Positions 27,111 to 42,690 of a stretch of DNA of 64,000 nt are shown here, one piece after another. Location: positions 125,922,001 through 125,986,000 of the forward strand of contig OX597817.1 of assembly GCA_951406725.2 (NCBI GenBank), in the 5' to 3' direction. Made by a program: the position numbers and the translations under genes. Below the pieces are notes generated by a model, which ran no database searches, had not been told where the DNA came from, and saw only the letters and a program-made list of their open reading frames with translations. Positions within the stretch are counted from its first letter, which is position 1. Every line of letters starts with the position of its first letter. Source of the DNA: Octopus vulgaris (Eukaryota).

Positions 27111-29469
27111 CAGTTCATTCATCTTAGGGGAGTGAAATTTAATATTAAACATACAATGTGCACGTTTTCACTGTTTAAATATGAATGACAAATAAAAATA
27201 TATTTCGATATAAAATTTTAAACATGTGAGGTTCGAAAGGAGTCGTAATAATTTACTTCCAAAAAATGGAAAATGTTTATGATTCTGTCCAGTATTTCAC
27301 TGTTTCCTCCTACCTATCGCATCCTCTCTCCTCCCTTTCCCTTCCTCGATTTCCCTCCGTCGTTCCATCTCTCCTTCCCTCTCTCTTCCTTCTTCCATCT
27401 ATACTACCTTTCTCTCTTTGCTATCAGCCAACTCGAAGGTGTCTTCCGTTCTTTTTAACTTACATTGCCTATATAAATACTTCCCGCTCAATCCCTATCA
27501 CTTTTATCTTTCTTGGTGTCGCTAATGAACAGCACCCTATATATAACGGGAAATTCCGATGAGCAAACTTAATTCCCCTTCCCTCTTCCTACTCTAACTT
27601 CATTTCATTATCGTCCCTTACTGCATATGCCTTTTCTACATTTATCAACCATGATTTCTCCAACGTTTCACTCCCTTCTCCCGTTCTCTTTCTCTCTTTC
27701 TGCTAACTCCCAAACTCACTGAAGGATCATTTCCGTTTTCTACTTTTTGTCTCCTCTATATAAATGTAGTAGATTTTGACTGGTTCAAACGTGCATAATA
27801 GCAAACTCTAACATAAAGGTATAGAAGCCTTTCCTAACAATCACCAAGTGATTTAAACCGGATAAAGCCATTAATTCAACTTAGTAGTAATAATCCCTTG
27901 GAAAACGGGAACCACTTTTTAGTATCTTACAAGATATTCGATATCATTTTAAATAATGGATGTATCCGAGAGAAGAGCCTTTCATAATCGTGGCATCCGA
28001 TAAAATACAGTAATTATCATGTACAAGACAATAGAGGAACCGAAATAACATAGGAATGACAGCTGGAGGCAATAAGATTTATTTCCCTTTCTGGATTTTC
28101 TAAAGTATTTATGTGCATATTCTTGATGATATAGTTCATGTATTGTTGGTTTATTCCTCTCTTTCTCTGAGTTTTATTTAATATTATTGCACAACTGATG
28201 GATGCAGTTTGCTTGCTGAATGAACCAAAAGCTTCCGTCATCAAAAACCAATTAAGGTAAACCGGTTATGCTCTTGTGATGAAAGACAAACTTCTGAAGC
28301 AATTCTTGGGCCTACATTTTAAAGAATCCTAATATAACAGAGATAGGCAACAGAATATATTCGAAAATATCGGGATCAACAATAGGAAAACAAATACCAC
28401 TGAGGGAAATCCACAGTCGAAGATCATTTTTCGAAGTGAATAAAGGTACAATATTAGAAGGGGAGAAAAAAGAAGTAGCAAATACAACCTCAAAGCTATT
28501 TGGAACTAAATGTCCCAAGAGTAAGAAGAAAAGGCAATTTTCAAAGCAAAGCGTAAACACTGATTTTACCAGAGAATTCAGGACTAGTTCTCAATAACAA
28601 AGGCCAACAACATAAAGTACGAGAAATAGCCGCTATGGAGATGACTACGATGTCGATATCTCTACAATCTCCAAAACGTCTTATGATTCAGAAGAGAGCT
28701 ATGTGTATCAATTAAACTTTCTGTAGCATACTAGCACAACTTTACCAGGTTTCCGGATTTTGAATGAATATAGAAATCAGCTGCACACATCTAACAGGAA
28801 ATCATATAAGGAAATTAAGCGAACACCGCATGCACACACACACACGCATGCACACACACACACACGCATGCACACACATGTGTGTATGTATGTATGAATT
28901 TATGTAAGTGTGCGATCGACTATGTGTGCAAACGAGGGAGGACTTGAATAATTGAAATTAATATTCGTCTTATATTTATTTTAGTCTAGAAACAGTCAAA
29001 TACTTCATTGATATTCAACATACATAATATTATGAACGTTTCATTCTTTCTCGTTTTTATAAATTGGTTTTACAATAAGGTATATTACTATATTTTATAT
29101 GATTGATTCATGGAGAAATATGTTTATACTACTATCACACATACATATACACTTATATAAATAGTTCTCTCTCTCTTTAATCCTACATATATATATATAT
29201 ATATAATGTTTGAACATCTATATGGAGCTCGTAATCAATATGTATTAAAATATAGTGTGTGTTTTCATGAAGATCATCAAGAGGGACACATGAATATATA
29301 AAATAATCATTGATTACAATGAATGTATGAGTATAAGTATGCGGTGTTGGAAGTTTGTAACCTTGCTGGTATGCATGAATATTAGGTTTTTTCTCATGTG
29401 TGCACATGCGTACTAATCTTGTTTATATGGAGCTTTTTTCAATTACACAGTGCCTTTATGCTTACATCA

Positions 29470-30060
29470 GTAGGCTATACATAATATGCTCCTCTCGTGA
29501 ACAGATTTGTACAACAACGTGTCTTATTGATACGATTCAGAACCGTGCGCACCCTAGGTTAAATCTGTTTACAAATTGATACCAAACCCTGATAATTATA
29601 AGTTAAGAAAATAGTCCGGCAATAAAAGTTATGAAACCAAATACGATCGTTCATATCCTCTTGTGACTTCAAACGTGGTTTATTGATAGAAATTTTACTC
29701 TAGAAAATTGGCACTGCAAATTTGTCACCTTTAGCTTCGTCATATGCTTTGATTGATTGTCGATCACTCAGAGGAATATGTGCAGATGTATTTGACGCTC
29801 AACATCGAACAGTTGAGGAAGCTAGTCTGGTTGAAGGCTGCAGATTATAGCATTATTTAAGTTTTGAATTCTGAATTATTCCCCGTTCTTACTCATAATC
29901 AGAAATAATTATTATATATCCTTTCAGTTGCCACCATATCATTAAAATAGTAAAAGGCATGGAACGTGACCCAGATACGAATTGTGTTATTAATCTTACT
30001 TTTGTAAGGCAACAAATGTGCCGGATCCAACTTTTGTCATGAGCAATCATTTTGCAATGA
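29470..30060 (-). mobile_element. Possible very old mariner remnant
   Basis: IAHDKSWIRH..TKVRLITQFVSGS resembles IVTGDESWIHH..TK..S.QW..GS; RGAYYV near the expected C-terminus. Confidence 0.4.
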
Positions 30061-32994
30061 AAATAGTTAGATACATCTCTGTTTTTCACTTTTTTTTTTT
30101 TTTTACAAATGGATAATAACATGTACATCTATTAATTTTAGCTTTAAATCACCGCATACATTCCAGAAGCAATTAGAATGATTCAGAATTATTTCTGGCA
30201 TGAAGACAATATCTTTGAAAAAGAAAAAAATAGACTGTCATGTAAAAGAAATAAGGTTTATTAAATACTAGCTACTAAAACTGTCGTATTTACTAACAGA
30301 ATGGCACCGTATGCAGATCAATACAATAGAAATATATCCACAAGCACACACGCAATCATATATACATATAAATGTGTGTGTGAGTGCGCGTGTGTGCGTA
30401 TAATGGAATATTTGAATATTGTTTCTTGTCATATTTTGTTTTAATCCTGTAATTGCGCAATATGGAGAAAAGGAGTATATAATAAAAGTTTCATAACAAA
30501 CATATCTGATTCTGTATTTTGACTCAGAATAAAATACTTCTGCCAAAGTTATTGTAAACCAGTTTAATGAAAATTTATCCTAACATCGAAGGGATAAAAG
30601 AAATCTCTCCAAGACTGATGCATGCAAATAAATGAAATAATAATTCCAAAATATGATTTGAAATTTAACTTGTTATGGTTTTCATACACATCTATATCCA
30701 TATCTATATATGTGTGAGTGTTTGTGTGTGCATGTGTGTGTGTGTGTGCGTGTATGTCTCGGAATGTATGCATCGTATCTAATATATATGCACTGTTGAT
30801 ATCTAGTTACTACAGTATTTATTCGGAGATAACATTCCATATGAGCATGCACTTCAAAAAATATCGAAAGTAGCTGAAAATGCAATGCAACACTAGCCAG
30901 CAAGAATGCGAGATGCATTTCGAACTCTTCAAACTTTTTCAATGGCTCTTACTCGCACGTATCCACATGTTCGGATATAACTTTGTCACCTCTGATATAG
31001 GAAACAGTCATAAAATTATTTACTGATATTGCTAATAGTCGCCCGGTTGAATAGATTCCGGTATACACAATTTAAGTAGAAATAATTTTAGAAAGTTATG
31101 TATGTATAATACTTAAGCTATATTCACTTTTTATAGGCAGAGTAGATATTCGTAATACCTGTGGAGAGTTTTCTCACTGTTTTCTATAGCAGAAGCACAA
31201 ATTCTCATTCGGACATCTATTCCGCTGCGATTATAGCCATTTAAAAGGCCAGAAAGTGCTGAAATGCATATAGTCCTTTCGCTGGCCATCGTTGGGACAA
31301 TACATCTTCTCTCACTGATGTTTATTACCATTTTAAAAGTAGCTACATTTACATTGGTACATAAATTTCATTATTCTCAGGTGAAGATATCTGTGTTGAC
31401 TATTACCTTCCCATCGGGTTTGGGAAGATAATATCCGTAGAGAACTTTTGTTACAGAGTTAATGGAATTGCAGTCCAAAAAGCGAACGTTTATGATGCGC
31501 AAAGTGCGTTTGGTGATGGTTGCAAATATTTCCATTGCGGCGTTACGTGCGAAGCAGTAAAGTTACGTTGATCGTATGGAACGAACTACAGCGTCAGTGT
31601 ATGGTAATGCATAGCGTCTGTATTTGATGACGCTTTGATGATGCTTTTGTACCAGAGCGGAAAGATTATTGGCGACGGGCTTTTGAGTAAAGAAGTGAAT
31701 GATAATGATGTTTCGGCAGTTGCAGTTGTTCTTTGTAAATAGCATATATTGTTTGAAATCATTCAGCTTTAGTTCACTGTTGTTAAATTGTTAGGCACTC
31801 AGATAAGAAGCGCCATCAAAAAGAGAGGTTTACGTATCTTTCTGCCTACGCTTCTCATGATTAAATGATGGGTGACTGCACTAATATTAATATAATATGC
31901 TGATTTCATTTATTCTATGGCAACAAAAATTGCACCCGACTGCAAATTTATTATGCATATCATGTATACGTCTGACATCCATGAAAATTATTTATTTTTC
32001 GATTTAATTTCATTTCTTCATTTTCTTAAGTATTTATGTACATTTCCTTGACGATTTCGCTCAAGTATTGCTGGTTTATTCCTCTCTTTCTATGACTTTT
32101 ATTTAATTTCATTGCTTTGCTGATGGATGTATTTAGCTCCTTGAGGCATCGTAGAGGTGAAATGAAGTTCGGCGGAGCACCTTCACTTGCCTGATACACA
32201 GGAAATGCAAAATTATGATAGATAATTACTCACACTTAGTATCAGATGCATCTACGCCTGCAGGATCAAAGACTCTCGTACACTCGTGCACATGATCGCC
32301 CGCACATACACGCACACATATTTTCTTGTTCGTTTATTTTAATGCAGCGTAAAATTACGGCAATAAATCTAATGCTTGTATTCAACCTTGTAAACATGTT
32401 TGAATATCCACGTGAGTTCTCGAGTATACACTGTTAGAAGTTTAGTTATAAGCATTTGGAAGATATAACCATTTACTTCAATAAAACCGGGAGAACCTAT
32501 TTTGTGGGCCACTAAATCCCGCTGTAGAAAATTTCTTTGAAGCAGTATGTGATCCCTAGAAAATATCGTCAGATTTTCTCTAGAAAAAAACATTGAGAAA
32601 GGATTTACTTTGAACTCAATATTTATCACATCACTAGATCGTATATCAAGTTTAACTACAGGTTGTTTAGTCATGCGCCATATGACCAGTTTAATATTTT
32701 AATATATCAATGCATGTACGTCAAACAAACATGCATGAAAGTATTCCATATTAATTTCTGTTTTCCTAAAGTAAAGATACTAAACATGTGCCACTGCAAA
32801 AATACTTTTTGGTAAATTGTTATAAAATTACCAAATCGTGTCCTACAGAATCAATGTTTGCTGAATTCACCATAGATTTTTGTTTGAAAGTTCCATCTGA
32901 AATGTTTTCTCTGTTAGCCAAGCAGCAGAATAACGAGCTGCTCCAGGGTAACACGCTGAAATACTGGTATATAATACAGCACTCTACCTCCAGA

Positions 32995-33460
<466 letters not shown>

Positions 33461-34089
33461 TATCATGCTCACACAGATACAAGCAGGCACACACGCGCAC
33501 ACACAAGCACACATAGAAACACATAGATACAGGCATGCACAGACTCACACACACGCGCGCATACACACGCACACACACACAAACACGCACATACACGCAG
33601 AAACAGATATCTTTGCTTCAGGGATTCTGAAATGCAATAACAGCTGCAATTTGTTTCTATATCTTATGAATACTACTTGTGGTATATATTCCGTTGTGTT
33701 CTATATACCGAAGGCGCTTTGGGTTTGAAAGTATGTGGATACATTCTCCTTTTTTCACAATTGGAGCTATGCTGGTGTCTTACAGTTTTCATATCAGTTG
33801 ATGGATTCAACGTATCCAATGTCTTTCATTTGCAAAGGGGTACACTCGAATAATCAAGAAAATGTGCAGAGAAATACACGTTTATAAACAAGAGATTAGT
33901 TTACTTGTATTTTAAGAAGTAAAACAGAAAACATCCATTGTCCCAAAGTTTTTGTAGTAATATTTCATGCATTTTCTTTAGAACAATTTAGCATTCGTTA
34001 TTGGGAGACATGCAGTTTTACGAAGAAGAGTTGTTCTGTTGCGATGATCTATTATGCACGCTTTCACATCAGGAATCTTGCAAACTTGC

Positions 34090-34315
34090 ACTGCTTCCGT
34101 TACGACGACGAGGGCACCAGTTGATTCGATCAAAGGAACAACCTGCTCTTGAAATTAATGTGCTAGTGGTTGAGCAATCCACAAACACGTGTACACTTAA
34201 CGGGGTTTTCAGCGCAACACAGAATGAGACAAGTCCGGCCCTTTGAATTACAGGTACAGCTCATTTTTGTCAACTGAATGGACTGGAGCGACGTGCTTAA
34301 GGACACGATGCGCCT
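34090..34315 (-). mobile_element. SINE with family B-type tail but a different upstream body
   Basis: Tail homologous to ~19500-19686; upstream reverse complement GCGCATCGTGTCCTTAAGCACGTCGCTCCAGTCCATTCAGTTGACAAAAATGAG differs from 19380-19490. Confidence 0.75.
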
Positions 34316-35054
34316 CTGAAAGTCGGCTTCACTAATCTTCTAAAACAAATACACAGACGTAGTTTAGTTTTCTCAAATGATCAAAAGGAATACCAACTAC
34401 CACTGTGAACTAATATTAAACAACTGATTTCAGGTACTACGAGTGTCATTATTTGTTTTTCTTCTGTATAAGCACAGTAATTCATAACCTCTTCCTCTTA
34501 GATACTCTATAGCGTTAAAACTAAAGCCAAATGAAATGGGCAACAAATATATAATGTTCGCCGATTAAACATTTTTGACCGGTATTTTATTGGTGTCAAG
34601 TTTTCTAAAAGTGTAGCACTGATTGTTGTAGGTGTTATTGTTGAGAACAGTTACAACATATAAGTTTTTTTTAAAGATGTATCTGCGTATCTCATTTAGA
34701 TCTCTCAACTTTCTCTCCACCACCTTGATCGTCTTTGGATATTTTTCTGCGTCATTTCTCTTTCTGTAATTCAAAATAAATGAATGAAGAGGATATTCTC
34801 AATATTTCAATATCTCACGTGTTATCATGATTTTAAAAACACATCTAGAAACATATAAGAATAGATATACAGAAAAATGACCACGTATCTATATATGTAT
34901 GTAAATATATATGTGTTGCCAACGGAATGATTGAGCAAACTAACATCAAAGTTAAAATCAAATAAGAAACCCACCGATATAAGGAGAATGAAATTTCGCA
35001 ATCAACAAAAACTTAGAAAACGTTTCCTAATATGTTTATAATATGTGTGTGTAA

Positions 35055-35089
<35 letters not shown>

Positions 35090-36248
35090 TGTATGTATGT
35101 ATGTATGTATGTATGTATCGATAGATATAAATAAATATACATAACGCATTTTTGAAAATTCTCTATCCTGTCATTTAACTTCTGTTACATCTATTCACTA
35201 TGAATTGTAGTCCAATGTTTAGTAACGGCTTCTGTATATGGCCTCTTTACTATCTTGAAAATATCTTATTTACAACTGCAACATTTAAAGAATATGAACT
35301 ATGCACGTTTCATAGACTGTTGGGTTATCCACAAAAGAATTCATTACTTGTATCATGTCATGTGTGAGCCATTGTGGACAACAGGAATAATCTCTCAGTT
35401 GTCCAGTTTATCAAGTTGTCAATCAGCACTTCAAAAATAGATGGTTTATTGACTTAAAGCGTACGGGTATTGGATAATTAATAAGAGTTTTGTATGTAAT
35501 ATTGAATCTATTACAGGTAATGACTGGATCACTAGTCTTTGACATACTGCACAATAACGAATCCTTTAGTGGTGACATCCAACGACGCATGTGATATTAT
35601 TTGAAGTTTCAGCTCAATAAACATAGCACTTAGCATTTATTCTGCTGTAAGCTTTATCGTTCTTCAATTAAGCTAAAAGTTAAAGCCCCTTAATCATCAC
35701 GTGAATAGCAACGATCAATAGGACCAGATATGAATTCTAGCTTCCGTAGTGATGAATATGAGATATAAATGGCATAAACATCCCACTTAAATTGAGCGGT
35801 TGTCTATCACAGTTAATTTCGAAGTATCTCCAGTTATTTATCCTTCAAAAGATGTGTATTGATGCAATGCGGTATTTAATAGCTTACTTTGAAGCAACAT
35901 GGATCATCAATAGTGTATATGATTTCAGGATACTATGATACTATAGCTGTTTGGCATCTTTTTCTACAGGTTTGCTTCAAAGAATGTAAAATGTTATCAC
36001 ATCTGTTTTCAGGATTACCTCAGATCTCAAAGTGAATGTAAGGCATCTCTACTGCCCCTTATACGATATAGTTGATATATTTCAGTACAGACACATGGCA
36101 ATATACGAAAACTGAATATTTGAATGTCTATAGATGCAACAAATTATTTATAATTGCATGAACCAATGGTCTGGCTCAATTAATTGCAAACATTATCTTT
36201 GATACAAATATCAGATAGGTCAGTTAGTATGTTTAATTTGGGCTGATT

Positions 36249-36662
36249 TATTCTTTTACTTGTTTCAGCCATGCTGGAGCACCGCCTTTAGTCGAACCCA
36301 GGACTTATTCTTTGTAAGACTAGTGCTTATTCTATCGGTCTATTTTGCCGAACCGCTAAGTTGCGGGGACGTAAACACATCAACATACACAGACACACAA
36401 AAACACACACACACGCACACACACATACACACACACTCATACACACACATGCGCGCACACACACACATATATATATATGTATATACATATATATATATAT
36501 ATATACGACGGGCGTTTTTCAGTTTCCGTCTACCAAAACCACTCAGAAGCCTTTGGTCGGCCCGCGGCTGTAGTAGAAAACAATTGCCCAAGGTGTCACG
36601 CAGTGGGACTGAACCCGGAACCATGAGGTTGGTAAGCAAACTACTAATCACACGGCCGTGCT
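36249..36662 (-). mobile_element. tRNA-derived SINE family A
   Basis: Reverse complement of the 39555 family with internal (CA)/(TA) tract. Confidence 0.9.
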
Positions 36663-39554
36663 GTTAAAAGAAATTGAGGTGTACTGAATTGAAATGTTAT
36701 TGCCAGTAACCAGTCTCTAATCGAATCTCCAAACCATGGAAACAGTAATAGCAACTGCAAACATATGAAGGGTCAAAGCACGTGTTGTTGTGAGGTATTG
36801 ACAACGATTCTTTATGAATGAATGATCTTTAAACACCTTTAAAAAATTACCATGTAAAAAGTTATACGGCTTTCCTCGTGGTATTATTGATAACGAACAT
36901 ACACCAAATCTTGTTTGACAAGCGGGAGACTTTGTAAGTGAGGAAGTTAACTTGAATATATGTGGTGTTATGTTAATCTGTATATACACATTATTATTGT
37001 ATGAATATGTTAAATACTTTTGTAACAGACTTTTACCTGTCCTTACCATTTTTGATATAATGAAAACAAAGAGAGTCTGCTGAACGATTCCTGAGATGCA
37101 GAGATGGAATTGTTTGTAAGAAGCATAGACGTTTAGAATTGCCATGTTTTCGGCAATTTCTATCAGAAACTAGTACACACATAGAAATGATCGAGATAAT
37201 AATTGAGTAAGTTTATAGAGCAATAGTTCATGACATTAGTTCATCCAATAGCAATAATAATGTACCAGAATCTGAATGTCTGTATGATTTGTTGCACATG
37301 GAAAGAGACTAAGGTTCAAAAGGTTAATGTATTACACCAATATTTACAATAAGAATAATTATAAAAATTATTGATAATTAGACTCATTTCACATTTATAT
37401 TGTGTCGGACTTGCTGCTAAAGAAAATAATCATTAATAGTGTTGTCAATGACCACTGTGTTTGGCAGGTTCAGTGTTTACTTCCTAGAAACAGCAATTTT
37501 ACCACCTTCAGTGGTATTTTCATTATGTGTATATATATATATATATTTATTTATTTATTAATATACCTTAATCGAGGTTCCAATTAAATCGTAAAATTTG
37601 CCTACACGGTTAATTTAGGTAAGTTGATTTTCTTGCACTTGCTCGGATTAAACGGTAACCTGCAGTGTATATATTTCCATGCATAATGAACCTGAAAGTT
37701 TTCAGGTTGTGTATTTTCTATCTGATTATCACTGCGACGTGAAGAACAACGAAACGCAAGACCGTTTCATATAATCGTATTATATATTTACATACAATAA
37801 ATGGAATAGTAAATTGGCATAGTATTTCTGAGCATATTATAACGCTTGTCGATATATCTTTGTAACATTTGCTATGTATTTCGAAAAAAAAAATTAGAAA
37901 AAAACAATGAAGAATTCTAGTTCTATTTATTAGTAAACGAAAAAGACACTAGAGAAAACGAAGAAATAAATTATTACATTTCAAGTGCTGGCTTTTGTAA
38001 CTAACCAATATCATAGGTTTCTGTAAACCTTCACCTCAGTATCCACAAAGTAAATTTATTATCCTAACACTCATAACAACCATCCTGCATTTATTTATTT
38101 GTAATAGTGTGTCTATAACTTCATTAATAAATCAGAAGTAGCTTGTTGACTGTCGGTTTTCGTAAGATGAGATTCATATATTCATTTAATGTCGGACAAA
38201 ATATCAAAGTAGTGAACAGAATGTTTGGTATGAAGAGAAGGGTTGAAGAAGGCTTGCAGGTAATTTGTAAGGTGAAAATCTTGATGAGGAAGGCTTTCAA
38301 GAAAAACAGTTAGTGCGAGATATGGGAGTACAGCCAATCAGTGAATGTATTATTAGGCTAGCATCTGAATAGAACTATACAGTGTATGATGTTGATAGGT
38401 ATATAAACACAAATCTGAAGAAGGGCCGAACGAAAGAGCATGAGCCTAATAACTGCACGAAGTTCCACGGAGTGACAATGAACAATAATAGAATTTTTCT
38501 TTTCTTCCAAGTTGCTGTGACACCTTTGCAATATGGCATGTCGAACTCTGAAACGGCAAAGTTTTAGGAGACTTAAAGAAGGATCTATAGATTTCAAATT
38601 TTGGTATGTTATTACAATAAGACACTAGCTATAAAAAAAACTGATCGCAGTGAGACAGCTGCTGTACATTCATATACACAAAGCATTATGGTGACAGCAT
38701 ATAATGCAGTATGTCGAGAGAACTCTAATCAAAATGTTCGGGAAGTAGACTAAATGCATTTATTTTATGGAGAGCTATGTTGTTTGAAGAATGATAAATG
38801 ATTATCCTAGTATCGAAATACGCGCAAGTCCTATGTTGGATGTTAATATGTACAAATAAGCTTTTGATCTGAATGTTACATGGGTTTCATCGAGTTTCAA
38901 AAAGAGAATTGTAGCTTCAGGGAAGATACAGTCAGTGACTAGGTGGACCGGAGTAAACGAAAGTGGTGGAAAACTGTTTATTGTATCACTTTTCCTGCCT
39001 ACATAATATAGCTAAGCGAGTTATTGGTGATATTTCTTGTAAGAAATATCACCAATAACTCGCGTAGCTATATAAATGTCCAAGCGAGTGAGAAGACGTT
39101 TCTTCACTTTCTAAATTATGATAAGTCGTCTATTGTGGATGTAAATGATTTCTTGCAGCAATATGCAATGCGATACACCAGTCATCAGAGATATCAGTAG
39201 AGTAACATATTCTAATTATATATAGGTTTTTGATACCACAAAGCTAAGGGCATATGGAGTACATATATTACAGAGTGCATTGCTTTGCTCTCATTTACTA
39301 ATATAATTAGGTAATGCTTATAATTAGGTAAATTTTGACATATTGTTCTTTATTTGAAATCCGGATGAAAGGAAAACTACAATTGTTATGCCTTATAATC
39401 GGAACTTGTGATTCTTAAAGGTTATATGGACTAGCTATAGTTGCTGTTACTTCCTTGAGGAATTATCAATTATATATAAATATATGTGTGTCTGTGTGTA
39501 ATATAGTTGTTTAAGTAATATTGCCTATATTTTGATTGCAAAATTTGCATCAAT

Positions 39555-39971
39555 GCGCAGGAGTGGCTGTGTGGTAAGTAGCTTGCTTACAAACCACATG
39601 CTTCCGGGCCCACTCCCTCTTCGTGGCACCTTGGGCAAGTGTCTTCAACTATAACCTCGGGCCGACCAAAGCCTTGTGAGTGGATTTGGTAGACGGAAAC
39701 TGAAAGAAGCCCGTCGTATATATGCATATATATATATGTATGTGTGTACATATGTTGTGTATCTGTGTTTACCCCCAACATCGCTTGACAACTGATGCTG
39801 GTGTGTTTAGGTCTCCGTAACTTAGCCGTTCGGCAAAAGAGACCGATAGAATAAGTACTAGGCTTACAAAGAATAAGTCCTGGCGTCGATTTGATTCGAC
39901 TAAAGGCGGTGCTCCAGCATGGCCGCAGTCAAATTACTCAAACAAGTAAAAGAGTAAAAGTGAGTAAAGAG
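39555..39971 (+). mobile_element. tRNA-derived SINE family A, best-preserved copy
   Basis: Head, central body, GGCGGTGCTCCAGCATGGCC tail and GAGTAAAA-type terminal repeats. Confidence 0.92.
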
Positions 39972-41879
39972 TATCATTAAATAATTTATTTTGAATATTG
40001 GCTATTATATACATAGTTTCGATGAAAAAGAATACGTAGTTTTAATTGTAAAGAAGGTAAATAACATCCAGAATTCTAAAACTTGATAGGTTGGTCTTAG
40101 AAGTGTATATACTTTTAGGAATTATAACACAAACGTCGTTTCAGAGCGAGGTTAAATATTTTTTTGTTATCTATTATGCAATAAGACAGATGACAAAATA
40201 TCTATTTTACAAAATATTGACATTCATAGATATAAAATCATATCTTTTATATGCGGAAATAGATTTATTTTGACCAGGCACAATCTCATTTATGCAAATG
40301 AAGAACTGTTACAGATTGCATCAAACACAATAATATAATATTGTTGGCATTTACCTTTTAGACCCTAGTGAGATGAAAGGCAATGTTGATAATAGCAGGA
40401 TATGCATTCATAGCAACAATGTATTGAAGTAGATTCTTAGAAAAACACCATTAAATGTGACGTTTTAACACGTCGTTTTTTTCGTTCATGTTTTTATTCA
40501 TTTCATGAATATATTGCACATTTATCTGTAGAACAGAAACCATCTGCAGAGGTGAGATGTAGTCAAAACGACAGATAACAGTTAGAAAGAAGGCAAGAAA
40601 ATACTGAATACCATATACATATAAGAAAAACCAAACATTTTCAAAAGTAATGTTACAAAATTACATGCAAATATAATTTATAATAGCTTTTATAAAATTA
40701 GATTTTTAAGGTTCACGAAGGTATCACAATCTACTGAACATCATCAACTAGCATTACTCGATCTATATTGTTTAAATCTTAATTTCTAATATTACCAATA
40801 TTTCATTATTAGTCCTTACGTTTGGATTAGATAAAATATCTTTCTTCATTCTAGTAACATTTTAAGGATATATCGGGTTCATCTTCAATTGAAGTGGTTA
40901 CCTTTTAGTAGAGTTTCGCTTCGTAAGAGGCTGCAGGATAATGCGCATGAATAAACGGTACGAAGAAAAAGGGTGTCTAATACTTTGGTAAGTACTGTGA
41001 ATAAGTAATAGACAGGAAATTTTACAATTAAGTCGTTGGTACTTAGAAGGACAGAAGAGTGACATGAATAATTAAAAACATCTTTAGAAATGTGACTGGA
41101 GAAAAAGCCATACGCTTTCAGTAAAGTCTCTCATGCAAAAACTCGGAGGTAAAAGAATACCAAAAAGCAAATACGTGATTAAATTATGTAAACTTAATAT
41201 CTCATCTGCTCCTTAAACAACTTTTTGAATATTTCTGTTTTCTCGTCACCGATGGACTGCTGTCAGAAAAGTCTTTTCTTATAGTGTGAAACAAATAAAT
41301 AAATTTAAACTCTATAATTATTTTGTTTACGTTTTGTTTTGTTCATATAACCAAGGTAACAGAGACAAAGATACTCGTTTGCGATAATCATTTGGAAAAC
41401 AGAGAATGATTTTTCTTTTGAAACACTCACTGTTTAAATATGTTTCAAATATTAAATGAAAGTTTAAAGAAACATCCTTCTATATATATATATATATATT
41501 GTTTTTGTTTTAAATCCTTTGTGAGCGACATGTGCTACTTCAAGCTTAAATTTATTTCTGGTTATCATGAAAGTTTTAATCTACGTACGAGCGAAGTCAG
41601 TCTAGTAATTAAACACTTGAAATTGCTTCGAGGTTCAAGTAATATTCCAAAAGGTAATGCATTTAGGTAACACCTTTAATAAATGGTTTTGAAATATATA
41701 TATATATATATATGCACACATGAATACTCATACAAATGTATACGCAGAAATAGATATACATGAATACATAGACATACATGCTTACGCACACATATGCCCA
41801 CGTAAATGCGAAGTAAGCCATATTGAAATATATATCAATAAAACACTGTAATTAAACATTGCGAAACAACCTTAAGAAG

Positions 41880-42690
41880 GAACGATGTAAAGGTGCTACC
41901 CACCACCAAGAAGTGTTGAAAGATAAAAACATGAGGAAGAATGTACACAGGATATATGCGGTGGCAACGAGAAAAATAGTAGTAATGTCAGTAGCCCAAG
42001 TTGAAAATGCGTTGAGACCAGTCTGGCAGGGGATTTCGTACCATGCCAGAGGAAGAAAGTATGGAACGGAACGGTGGAGGTGCAGTTCCGTGAGATAGCT
42101 ATCGTCATACTGCACTCAGCTACACCATTAAAGACTGACGAAGTGGTGCTTCTACCAGTATACTTTGGGAGACGTGCTTCCAGGGTTAGGGTAGAAGACA
42201 TAACCTCAGAAATGAATGTAGCCTAGCTGGTGGCTACCATACTGCTAGGCATGGAGGAAAAGGTAGAGGTTCTGCGGACCACCAGAACACCCTACGGAAA
42301 CTGGTAAGAGCAGAGCCTGGACATTGAAAGACTGGCGGGGACCATTACGCTTGGAGACGTGACACTGGGGGTTAGAGTGGAAGGGAGGATTCTGCAGTGC
42401 TATAAATGTAGCCTGAAAGACCACATTAGAGCGGATTGTTCTCCACCACCTATGAAGGCTGAGGAAAGGCAAGAGAGCGAGAAAGTAGCTGATACTCCAC
42501 TGCCTATGGAGGCTGAGGAGAAGCACGAAAAGTTGATGGAAACGGTACCACAGACAAAGCTCATTACCAGCGTCGAAGAAGAGGACGTGAACAATGGATG
42601 GAAAGCAGCTGGAAATAAAGAAAAAGGTGAAAACAAGGCACACGTAAATGACGATCCCCATCCCACCCACACCCAGGTTCACGGTTAATC
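41880..42690 (+). pseudogene. Retroelement gag/ORF1-like remnant with CCHC zinc knuckle
   Basis: VRVEGRILQCYKCSLKDHIRADC (CX2CX4HX4C); upstream RASRVRVEDI with stop codons; no ORF2 follows. Confidence 0.7.

Noticed and set aside
28315-28600. ~95-codon stop-free plus-strand stretch
   Set aside because: No start codon, splice signals or recognisable motif
35250-37200. Possible gypsy RT/RNaseH relic on the minus strand, including ORF 36717-37145
   Set aside because: Only faint motif resemblance by eye; needs a profile search
38200-38950. Possible RTE-like RT relic
   Set aside because: One or two weak motifs (K*AFD); not supportable
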